A stretch of DNA of 64,000 bases. Origin: Myxococcota bacterium (GTDB taxonomy: Bacteria; Myxococcota_A; SURF-8; G963663525). A program made the position numbers and the translations under genes. How positions within the stretch are numbered: the stretch's first letter is position 1; the number at the start of each line of letters is the position of its first letter. The notes beneath the pieces were generated by a model. That model worked only from the letters and a program-made list of their open reading frames with translations. It made no database searches and was not told the origin of the DNA. Below, in pieces: positions 9,620 to 18,326 of this stretch. The stretch spans positions 1-64,000 of the forward strand of contig CAXXVK010000049.1 of assembly GCA_963676915.2 (NCBI GenBank), read 5' to 3'.

Positions 9620-9648
9620 AGTGTATGAAATTCCAGTTAGAAAAGCAA
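9620..9648 (-). promoter_or_regulatory. Candidate sigma70 promoter of the DUF4956-HlyD-TolC-VTC operon
   Basis: Minus strand TTGCTT-N17-TACACT, about 67 nt upstream of the ATG at 9553. Confidence 0.55.
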
Positions 9649-9651
9649 TGT

Positions 9652-12600
9652 TCAGTCAGGATTTGCATAATCGGGGATGTCTGTAGCAACCCATTCGATA
9701 CTGTATTCGGTGACCGAATTCCCGGAATACAGGTTTTCGACTTTCAGGTAATAGAAACCGGGATACATGATTTCCGAGATTTGCCAATTGTCGGAGGCAT
9801 CCGCCGTAACGTCGGGACCATCCGTAGGATCGATGTACAGCGAAAGAACGGGACTCTCGGTGGAACTCCAACCGTTACCGTTCAATTCGACACGGAAATA
9901 GACCCTGCTCGTGAAACTGCTGACGTAGATGTAATACCAATCGACATCCCCCGCCGGACAGATCGAATGCACCTGTTCGTCGTATTCACTCAGAGTGACT
10001 GCATTTTGCCAGGTTTGATCGACTTCGTAGCCGTCACAGTCGCAGTTGTCGTCACCGATGCACAGGCATTGTCCGTCAGAGACCGTTAGCGGTATCTCGC
10101 AAGCTGTGGGCATACATTCCCGCTCGATACATGTAGCTTCCAGCGCTCCTTCAAACGGTTCGGCCGTGCAGGGATTCGAGCACATGCCGCAGTGGTCGTT
10201 GTCGGTGGAAATGTCGATTTCACAGCCGTTGCGGTCGTTGTCGTCGCAATCGTAGTAATCCCCGATGCAGCGGTCGATGTTGCAGGTGCTATCTACGCAA
10301 GTATAAGAAGATACATGGCATTCTCCATTTTCACAGGCTTCTGTCTGGTCGTAACAATGGCGGTCGCAGGAGCCGCAATGCCACCCATCGTCGTTATCTG
10401 GCAGATAGCGTTCACAACCATTGTCGCTTTCGCCGTCACAGTCCCCATAGTCGGTGATACAGGAAGTGATACGACATTCTCCCTGGAAACATTCGTAGTC
10501 GGCATTGTCGAAATCGCAACGGTAGGCATAATTGTTGGCTGCGTTACTGCATCCTCCACAGTGGTTGATGTCTACCAGCAGATCTCTTTCACAACCGGTA
10601 CTTTTTTCTCCGTCGCAATCTGCCCAGCCACTCATGCAGGTCAATATTTCGCATTGACTGTCAACGCACTGGTATTCGTTCACTTTGTACCAGCTATAGC
10701 GTGTGCAGTCTTTATGCCCAAGATCGTCGGGGCAGCCACCGCAGTTTTCTGTATCGGTGGGAAGGTGAATTTCACAACCGTTGTCAATATCACCGTCGCA
10801 ATCTGCCCAATCCGTTTCGCAGGTGGTAATTTTGCAGTTTCCTGCATAACAACTGTACTGAGCGACGTGGCAGTTTTCCCCGCAGGAACGAGGCAGGTCT
10901 GCGCAATTTGTATCGCAACCTCCGCAGTTTTCGCCGTTTTCGTCGTTCCGAATATCTGTTTCGCAGCCAGGATACTCTGACCCGGTTTGGCAATCTTCAT
11001 AACCGTAGAGGCAGGAATCCACTTCGCAAGTACTGTTTTGGCACACGTAGGTATCGACATGAGGCCAATCGTAGTCTTCGCAACGATTATTGCAGTCCCC
11101 GCAGTGGTTAAGGTTCGCCGTAGTGGAGGTTTCGCAGCCGTCGAGCGGGCTTCCGTTGCAGTCGGCCCAACCTTCGTCACAAGTATCGACCTTACAGCTT
11201 CCTTCCACACAGAGATGGTCGAGGGTGTGGTTCAGGTTACAGACCTGATTGCAGCCGCCGCAGTGGTCCGGGCTGGCTTCCGTGCCAAGTTGAGGATGGC
11301 CGTAAATATCTGTTTCACAACCGTTTTCTTCGTTTTCATCGCAGTCGTCGTAGCCGCTTTCGCAAGATACCAGACGACAGACGCCTTGTTGACAGGAATA
11401 CTCATCGACGTTGGACCAGTCCAATGCACCGCAATCGTTTTCGCAGGAGCCGCAGTGCTCCGGGTCCATGCTGGGGAAGGTTTCGCACCCGGTTTGCAGA
11501 GGATCGCAGTCCAGATAACCTAGATTGCATTCGGTAACGCATTCGCTTTCGATGCAGTGAAGAAAACGAATATGATAGGTTGCCCAGTCCGATTGAGCAG
11601 GTTCACAAGCCTGGTTGCAGCCCGAACAATGCAGCCGGTTCGAGGTGGTGTCCGTTTCGCAACCTTCCACTTCTTCCATGCAGTCGTCCCAACCTTCATC
11701 ACACAGAACGACTCCGCAGATTCCATCGTTGCAGGAGTACTCCGCTACGTTGGCGAGGGTACATGGCTCGCAGGAGCCACAGTGGGCCGGGTTATCTAGT
11801 AAATAGGTTTCGCAGCCGTCCGAAGCCTCGCCGTTGCAGTCTTCATAACTGTTTTCACAGAGGAAACCGCAGGTTTGGCCGTTGCAGGTGGCGGAGGTGT
11901 GGTCGTATTCGGGGCAAGGTTCGCAGAGAGTTCCGCAATGGTCTACGCTCTGATTGGATACGCAGGTTTGACCGCAAAGGTGGGTGGTCAGGGGGCAATC
12001 GGTTCCAAGACCGGTGAGAGGAACCTGTGTCGTGCTGTTTTCGACATCGTTGCTTGTGATTTCAAGCACTGCGTTATGAGACCCGGACCTCTCCGGCTCG
12101 AAAGTTACAGAAAGAACCCATTCTTCTGCAAGTTCCGCCGAAAGCGTTATCGGGAATTCGATGGAAGACATATCGGGAGACAGAACGAAGGACGAAGAAT
12201 CATCTCCTGTGATTTCAATGGCTTCTATGGATAACGTGCCGTTGCCTTCGTTTGAAAGGGTCAGCGTTATCGGTTCGGAGACACTGCCTGCAAGCTGTTG
12301 ATCGAAATCAAGACCCGTTTCGAGTAGTTCCGGTTCGATATGCAATAGCGGTTGTGGAATTTCGGTGCAGTCGGGGTAGTTTTCATGCCCCGTGGCGCAA
12401 ATGTCACACGTATCGCCATCGTAGGCTTCGTTGCAGGTGCAGTGCCCCGTTTGAGGATCGCAGACCCCGTGCCGGTTGCAACTATACAGGTTGCACAAAC
12501 CTTCCACATCGATACAGCAGCGGAATCCCACGGTTTCCAGGCTGTCCGACGATTCATGAATCGTGCAGGAAGAACAGGAAAGATTCTCGGCATCGAAATC

Positions 12601-15600
12601 TTCGAAACTTCCTCCACAGGCGAGCGGTTCGTTTTCGTCTTCCGGTTGAATCCATTCCGCAACGTTGCCCGAAGCGTCGAAAACCTGGTATGGATCGTTC
12701 GAACTCGTCCAGGAACAGAAATAGGGATCATCCACTCGTGAGGCCGTGAGTTGGCTTTCGCCACCCAGAGGAACGGCGGTTCGGTCGGCGCAACGTCCTT
12801 CGAGGAAGGATTCTCCATAAGGGTAGGCGTGTCCTTCACCGCAGCCATAATTCCATTCCTCAAAGTGACACAGGCGTTTTCCTTGGTTGATGCAGGCGCG
12901 GGAGGCTTGTTGCCACGATAGCCAGGCCGAAGGTCGCTGACCGGCGACGGAACACGCGTACAGTTCCGTTTCTGGGGAATCGTCGGGGAATTCGTCATCC
13001 ATCAGGGGATCGGGGTTGACCTCCGGTGGGAAAAACTCGTGGAAATCCGGAGGAAGTTCCTCGACGGATTGCCCGTAGAGCGTGCCATCGACATCGCAAT
13101 ACATGTCTTCACTGAGGACGTTTTCATACCGATCCATACAGTAGGAGAAGGAGGGTAACTCCACCATCTCTGGATGTCCGGGGCAGCAGCCGTCAATGGC
13201 TTCTCCGACACAAACACCCTCATGACAGCTATCGTTTTCGGTGCAGCCGTCGTTGTCATCGCAGGTTCGTGTATCGGCGACAGGCTCGAAAACACAGGCT
13301 TCATCACTGGATGCGGCGTAAGGATCGCAGGAATCCTCGGTGCAGTCGTTGTCATCGTCGCAGGTGCGCGAATGACCGCCGCAGATGTCCATACCGCTGA
13401 TTTTATTGCAGGTTCCATCGATTATGCAGGGGTTGGAAGGTGTGCAGCTTTGTCCTGTTTGGAATTCGAAATGACATCCTGCATCGAGACCGCTTCCAGG
13501 CTGGCAGGTGATGTCGTAGCATTGCGGCAATTGTCCGGTAAAGTCCGGGTGGTTGGCGTCGCAGAGAACGGGGGCTTCGTAGCCGTCGCCGTCTTCATTG
13601 CAACGTGAACTTTGCGGAACTCCTTGAGACATTTCACAGACGACGGTTCCTGCTGTACACGAAAACTGCTCTTCCTCTTCCACATCCTGTTCATCTTCAT
13701 CGCCATCCGGGAAAATAGTGTGTTCGTCCCAGGCAATTAGCGACGGTCCCTCTCCGACGGCCAACCCGTGCAGGGAATCGGCGAAGTCGAGCGCTAGAAT
13801 GCTCGTTGCTGCAGCCGGTGTGCCATCCAGTGTGTGAATGTCGAAAGATTCCCAGTCGTTTCCACCGTTTTCGGTGAACAGCAATAGCGGCTGGCTTTCG
13901 TCGATTGTCCCGGCACTTCCCGCCAGCCAACCTCTTTCGAGGGATTCGAAGGAGATATCCTTCAGTTCTCGGACGGCTTTTGTGCCTACCGGGGTTTCCA
14001 CTGATTGTGGAGTCGATACCGTTTGCCAAAGCCATCCGCCGTCGGTCGTTTGCCAGATTTCGTCCAGTCGTTCGCCATCTGTTTCTTTTTGTACCAGGAT
14101 GAAGCCGTTTTGCGCGTCCAGGAATTGTGCTCGAAGGAAAAGAACGCTCAATCCCTGTTGCACGGCGCTCCAGGTTTCACCACCGTCAGGGGTACCCCAA
14201 ATCGTTCCGTATGAATCGATCTGAGGTTCGTTGTTGTCATCGAGGCTTTCTTTGTCCGCAAAGACCCATCCTTGGAGAGAATTGACGAATTCGAGGTCGG
14301 CAAGATGCAGACCGGAGGCCGGAAGGGAAAGAGTCGTCCAGTTCTGACCTCCGTCACGGGTACGAAGTACTTTGCCACCGTCGCAGCCGACCCAGCAGGT
14401 CAGATCGTCCACACAGTCGATGTGCGAACATTGCGGATTATCCGTAAGTCTTCGAGCTTCCCAAAGAAGTCCACCATTGTAGAAACGGTACAGGCTGGTA
14501 ACGTTTTCATCCCCAGCTTGTCCTCGACCCACGCCGATTCCCTGCGTAGCGGACAGAAAACGGGCGTCGTGCAGGAAAAAGCTGTCTGCCTCCGGCGCGA
14601 TACTCGATGTTGCAATCCAGGAAATGCTGTAGTTCGTCAAAGAAGCTCGGAGTATCCGTGCTTCCCCTGAATCATTGTTGCGACCCCAGGCGAGCAGGCT
14701 TTCTCCATCGAATGAAACGATGTCTTCGAATGTCGCATTGTTTCCTTCTCCATGGTTGTAAACCTGCAACCAATAGGGAGATTCTTCCTCGTCTTCGGTT
14801 TCGTCACCATCCACCGGGGGATCGTCCAGGCAATAGGCTTGTCCGTCGTTATCGTCTCGGCATCCTGCTTCACAGAGACGTACCGTCTCGCAGGCGCAGC
14901 CATCCGGGCAGTTTTCGGAGGAAGGGCAACCCGGAGCGGCGAAAATCAGAGCGTCTTCCAGGCAGAACCAACCCTCCCGGAGTGTCGCCACACTGGGGAA
15001 GCAGTCCGCGTCCGGATCGTAGGAACATTCCTGCTCGTCTTCGTCTCCATCGGGACCGGGAATGCAGGACGGATATCCCACGTAACCATCGTCACAGGTG
15101 CCGCAACGTTCACCGGTGTAGCCTTCCTCACAGAGACAGGTTCCCGTTTCGGACTGGCATTGCCCGTGATTGCTACAGGTGATTGTCGTTCCCGAAATAC
15201 ATTCTCCTGCCTGACAACGGTCGTTTTCGGTGCAGGCCAGTCCATCATTACAAGGGGTATTGTCTTGCAAAATCAAATCTATACACGATTCTTCATCCCA
15301 ATTGTACGTGACGTAATGGCAATCGTTGGAAGGTTCGGGACATGGTGGGCAGGGGGTGCGGAACGTCGCCGAAGAGCCTGCTTCCAGCGAATTTCCGGTG
15401 GCGTCGGCTACGGAACCGAGGAGTTCCCAACGGTACTCCCTGCCTGTCAAAAGCGCTTGTTGAGGAAGAAAACGCAGGGTGAGGCCGTCTTCGTCGAGAA
15501 CGGAATGTCCGGGAATCGCGTTGTCTTTTTTGAAAAGCCTGAAGGTTTCGTCTGGAGTGTCGCAAACGATAGGTTCGTTAAATCGCAGCCAGATGGAGTC

Positions 15601-18096
15601 CATCGGGTCTACGTTTCGTTGGCCGTCCGATGGGTAGGCCGTGACGATGTACGGAGCGCGAGTATCACCGGAAGGAAGGATTATGTCGCCGAAGTCGTAT
15701 ACCGAGTCGGCGTCATCCACTTCGAATGCCATCTCAACGGACTCACCGGAACTGGGATGGGTAGCCGTCAGAGCGCAATCAAGATCCACGGGCACGTCTG
15801 AAAATGCGACTTCACCTGAAGCCGAGGATTGTTGGAGCAGTGTAGCACCGTTTTCGCAGTCGATACGGGCGCTTGCGCCCTCGACAGGTGTAAGTGCATC
15901 CGCTTCGAGCACTTTCCCTCGTGCAAAACCTTTCGGTGGCGTTGCGGAAAATTCGATGACCGGCATTTCAAACGGTGTATCGCTGGACGGAGGCCAGCGA
16001 AATGTTTCGGAACGTTCGGTTAACGACTGTCCCCAGGTGTTTCCTCGGAAGGCGTAGAGCGTACCGGCGGAAGTTTCGGGGATTCCTGGCACGTTTTCCA
16101 GGCTATAGCGCCCGGAGGCGTTCGTTCTGGCGGACACATGATGATAAAAGACCCAGGCTCCCTCGATGGGAGAAACGTAACCGTCGTGGGATCGTTCGAT
16201 GACCATGCCGTTGATGGTATAGGTCAGCGATGTATCCGGTACGGCGAACGTTCCAAGGGCTTCGATTCCACCTTCTATGGTGACCCAGCGGTCACCGTCG
16301 GCGGTGATTTCGAGGGTTGCTACCGAATTCCACTGTAAATCGTCCTCGGAAAAACGAAGCAAGGGAAGACGGCTCCCCGGTGCGAGTTCGCTGCTGTTCG
16401 GATACTCCAGTATGGCTGCTTCACTGAAGCGGGCGTGTTTGTCGCCGATGTAGATCGCGGCGAAGCTTGCTCCACTTTCCGGTAATGGCCAGGGAAGAGC
16501 CGGAGCATGAACGCTTTGCAGCCAAAGACCGTTTTCGGTGGAGGAATCTTCAGTATCCGGCCACTCGATATCCTCGGGATCGAATCGCAGCGACGTGCCA
16601 GGAATGTCTAACGATGTGATAGCGCCGCCTTGCACGGGTTGTGCCGTTTCCGGATAGAGGCGTTCCAGAATGGCGGAAATGGCAGCGGTTTGTGACGAAT
16701 AAGAGCGATATTGTGTGGAATACGGGCCGCCGAGCGCTTCCCAACCGTCTATGGAAATCACGGTTTCGTCTGCATTGGAGGTATCGATTAAAAGTCTTCC
16801 GAGAAAGTCGGTTGTTCCCAGTTCTTCGCCGTTGCGAATGGCAACCAGCGCTCCCTGAATCGGTTCTCCATTAATATCGTGAACGTTGAGGACGATGCTG
16901 TTACCCGGTTTGATTCCAAGTCCCGAAAGTTCCAAAGTAACTTGCGGTTCGGTGGCGGAATCTGTTTCGAAAGTCAACTGCGATACGTAATTCTTAGCTT
17001 CGGTTGGCGAGAAAAGCAGGTCCATCGGACAAGACTCTCCCGGTTCTAGAGTTTTTCCGTTAACCCTATCGTTGGGAGCCAGCAAGGAAAATGCCTGAAC
17101 GCCGGAAGGAAACGAGCAGGAAGACAGGTTGACCGGCACATCTCCGAGATTGGTCAGATGCAAGGTCCGGTAGCTGGAGGTTCCGGTTTCTACAAGACCG
17201 AAGTCCATGTTCGAAGGTTCCAGCGTCAAGGTCGGTGTGGTGCCAACGCCTTTCAGTTTCACATTGGCCATGGGTTCGCCTGTCGAAGCATCGGAATCGA
17301 CGATGACTGTTGCCGACTTCTCGCCGTCCGAAAGGGGCGAGAAACGTACTTCGCAGGAATGGCTTTGTCCTTGACCGATTAGAATCGGTTCTTCACGACT
17401 GGCGGTGCACGTCGAGGCATCCAACGAAAACGAACCGTTGTTTCTGGAAAGAGTGATGGCTGCAATCGCGAGCGTACGGTTTCCGCCGTCGTCGTTATTG
17501 TTTTCGATGATCAACTCAAGACGCTTGGTTTCGCGGGTGGATGTCGAGCCGAAATCCAATTCTTCCTGGACAATCAGCTTCGAATCACCCTGAACCTTCG
17601 AAACAACTCCGATGGTTTGAGACGGATTGAAGCGAGAATCCGAGGTGACGACGATGACGCCTTCGTCGGTGCCCTGATCTACAGGGCGGTATGCAATTTG
17701 AATGAAGGCTTCGTCGGTGGAACTCAAAGTAAATGGTAAAGACAGCTCCAACCCTCGGGCGTTCGTAACGGAATCGACGGAAAATTCAGGTGTGGTTTCG
17801 CTGCTGCGAGACACATCTTGGATGGTCACCGGATCGGTTCCTTCGATAGCGATTTTACAGGATTTGCTGACCGTTTGAAGCAAAGACACTGTGCCAAAAT
17901 CGATTGTATCGCAAACCAGCACCGTACTGGAAACGTTTCCCTGCCGGTCGGTAGTATCCGAGGTTTCCCCACCGGGCGTGTTGTCGGAATCGAGTGTGTC
18001 TTGATCTCCTGCTGATGACGTGGACTCCGAACAGCCCATCCAGACCACGAGCACCAGAAAAATCACGAGGGTCCAGAGAAATTTTTGCACGTTCAT
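9652..18096 (-). CDS. Giant (~2810 aa) multidomain Cys-rich surface lipoprotein
   Basis: Lipobox MNVQKFLWTLVIFLVLVVWMG-C. Contains ASH/choice-of-anchor-D Ig domains (xDFG motifs), carboxypeptidase-regulatory-like repeats, Big_5 (YPSDG..FNEPI), EGF (CSNHGQC), a BNR/YCF48 propeller (TxDGGxxW), an FGE-sulfatase domain, about 10 GCE repeats and a C-terminal PPC-like domain (GDVDWY). A TATAAT at 18178-18183 favours the 18096 start over 18171. Confidence 0.85.
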   Translation of the reverse strand: MNVQKFLWTLVIFLVLVVWMGCSESTSSAGDQDTLDSDNTPGGETSDTTDRQGNVSSTVLVCDTIDFGTVSLLQTVSKSCKIAIEGTDPVTIQDVSRSSETTPEFSVDSVTNARGLELSLPFTLSSTDEAFIQIAYRPVDQGTDEGVIVVTSDSRFNPSQTIGVVSKVQGDSKLIVQEELDFGSTSTRETKRLELIIENNNDDGGNRTLAIAAITLSRNNGSFSLDASTCTASREEPILIGQGQSHSCEVRFSPLSDGEKSATVIVDSDASTGEPMANVKLKGVGTTPTLTLEPSNMDFGLVETGTSSYRTLHLTNLGDVPVNLSSCSFPSGVQAFSLLAPNDRVNGKTLEPGESCPMDLLFSPTEAKNYVSQLTFETDSATEPQVTLELSGLGIKPGNSIVLNVHDINGEPIQGALVAIRNGEELGTTDFLGRLLIDTSNADETVISIDGWEALGGPYSTQYRSYSSQTAAISAILERLYPETAQPVQGGAITSLDIPGTSLRFDPEDIEWPDTEDSSTENGLWLQSVHAPALPWPLPESGASFAAIYIGDKHARFSEAAILEYPNSSELAPGSRLPLLRFSEDDLQWNSVATLEITADGDRWVTIEGGIEALGTFAVPDTSLTYTINGMVIERSHDGYVSPIEGAWVFYHHVSARTNASGRYSLENVPGIPETSAGTLYAFRGNTWGQSLTERSETFRWPPSSDTPFEMPVIEFSATPPKGFARGKVLEADALTPVEGASARIDCENGATLLQQSSASGEVAFSDVPVDLDCALTATHPSSGESVEMAFEVDDADSVYDFGDIILPSGDTRAPYIVTAYPSDGQRNVDPMDSIWLRFNEPIVCDTPDETFRLFKKDNAIPGHSVLDEDGLTLRFLPQQALLTGREYRWELLGSVADATGNSLEAGSSATFRTPCPPCPEPSNDCHYVTYNWDEESCIDLILQDNTPCNDGLACTENDRCQAGECISGTTITCSNHGQCQSETGTCLCEEGYTGERCGTCDDGYVGYPSCIPGPDGDEDEQECSYDPDADCFPSVATLREGWFCLEDALIFAAPGCPSSENCPDGCACETVRLCEAGCRDDNDGQAYCLDDPPVDGDETEDEEESPYWLQVYNHGEGNNATFEDIVSFDGESLLAWGRNNDSGEARILRASLTNYSISWIATSSIAPEADSFFLHDARFLSATQGIGVGRGQAGDENVTSLYRFYNGGLLWEARRLTDNPQCSHIDCVDDLTCWVGCDGGKVLRTRDGGQNWTTLSLPASGLHLADLEFVNSLQGWVFADKESLDDNNEPQIDSYGTIWGTPDGGETWSAVQQGLSVLFLRAQFLDAQNGFILVQKETDGERLDEIWQTTDGGWLWQTVSTPQSVETPVGTKAVRELKDISFESLERGWLAGSAGTIDESQPLLLFTENGGNDWESFDIHTLDGTPAAATSILALDFADSLHGLAVGEGPSLIAWDEHTIFPDGDEDEQDVEEEEQFSCTAGTVVCEMSQGVPQSSRCNEDGDGYEAPVLCDANHPDFTGQLPQCYDITCQPGSGLDAGCHFEFQTGQSCTPSNPCIIDGTCNKISGMDICGGHSRTCDDDNDCTEDSCDPYAASSDEACVFEPVADTRTCDDNDGCTENDSCHEGVCVGEAIDGCCPGHPEMVELPSFSYCMDRYENVLSEDMYCDVDGTLYGQSVEELPPDFHEFFPPEVNPDPLMDDEFPDDSPETELYACSVAGQRPSAWLSWQQASRACINQGKRLCHFEEWNYGCGEGHAYPYGESFLEGRCADRTAVPLGGESQLTASRVDDPYFCSWTSSNDPYQVFDASGNVAEWIQPEDENEPLACGGSFEDFDAENLSCSSCTIHESSDSLETVGFRCCIDVEGLCNLYSCNRHGVCDPQTGHCTCNEAYDGDTCDICATGHENYPDCTEIPQPLLHIEPELLETGLDFDQQLAGSVSEPITLTLSNEGNGTLSIEAIEITGDDSSSFVLSPDMSSIEFPITLSAELAEEWVLSVTFEPERSGSHNAVLEITSNDVENSTTQVPLTGLGTDCPLTTHLCGQTCVSNQSVDHCGTLCEPCPEYDHTSATCNGQTCGFLCENSYEDCNGEASDGCETYLLDNPAHCGSCEPCTLANVAEYSCNDGICGVVLCDEGWDDCMEEVEGCETDTTSNRLHCSGCNQACEPAQSDWATYHIRFLHCIESECVTECNLGYLDCDPLQTGCETFPSMDPEHCGSCENDCGALDWSNVDEYSCQQGVCRLVSCESGYDDCDENEENGCETDIYGHPQLGTEASPDHCGGCNQVCNLNHTLDHLCVEGSCKVDTCDEGWADCNGSPLDGCETSTTANLNHCGDCNNRCEDYDWPHVDTYVCQNSTCEVDSCLYGYEDCQTGSEYPGCETDIRNDENGENCGGCDTNCADLPRSCGENCHVAQYSCYAGNCKITTCETDWADCDGDIDNGCEIHLPTDTENCGGCPDDLGHKDCTRYSWYKVNEYQCVDSQCEILTCMSGWADCDGEKSTGCERDLLVDINHCGGCSNAANNYAYRCDFDNADYECFQGECRITSCITDYGDCDGESDNGCERYLPDNDDGWHCGSCDRHCYDQTEACENGECHVSSYTCVDSTCNIDRCIGDYYDCDDNDRNGCEIDISTDNDHCGMCSNPCTAEPFEGALEATCIERECMPTACEIPLTVSDGQCLCIGDDNCDCDGYEVDQTWQNAVTLSEYDEQVHSICPAGDVDWYYIYVSSFTSRVYFRVELNGNGWSSTESPVLSLYIDPTDGPDVTADASDNWQISEIMYPGFYYLKVENLYSGNSVTEYSIEWVATDIPDYANPD
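10165..12000 (-). repeat. Protein-level tandem Cys-rich repeats C..G..DC....GCE....D..HCG.C...C (10 full copies and 1 partial)
   Basis: Counted in the translation, e.g. CDEGWADCNGSPLDGCETSTTANLNHCGDCNNRC and CIGDYYDCDDNDRNGCEIDISTDNDHCGMCSNPC. The copies are diverged at DNA level. Confidence 0.85.
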
Positions 18097-18326
18097 CGGG
18101 AACTCCGAAAGCGCTGAGTTACGGCATGTTGTCGCGTATCGTTTTAACTGCCTGTCGATTCGTGTCGTCAAAACTACATTATAGTTAGAAATCTTGTAAA
18201 GAAAACAGAAACTTCGATGTTGCCCGAGTAGTGTTCATCTCGCCGAACTTACAAGTTACGCCCCCTCTGCAAATCACTGCATACTAATTTCAACGGAATG
18301 TAAGAACCTATAGCGATATGACGTTC

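Noticed and set aside
10165-12000. CRISPR-like or DNA tandem repeat array
   Set aside because: The periodicity exists only at protein level with diverged codons; there are no identical DNA repeats with spacers and no cas genes.
12515-13190. FGE-sulfatase/CLec domain as a possible diversity-generating retroelement target
   Set aside because: The domain is internal, and I found no reverse transcriptase or near-identical template repeat in the window.
10192-15801. Several Val/Ala-rich plus-strand ORFs inside the giant gene
   Set aside because: They are reverse-complement readings of Cys/Asp/Thr-rich codons, not independent genes.
5553-18096. Giant protein as a type I secretion substrate of the adjacent HlyD/TolC
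   Set aside because: It has an N-terminal lipobox, many Cys and no RTX repeats; there is no ABC transporter, and a separate promoter precedes the operon.
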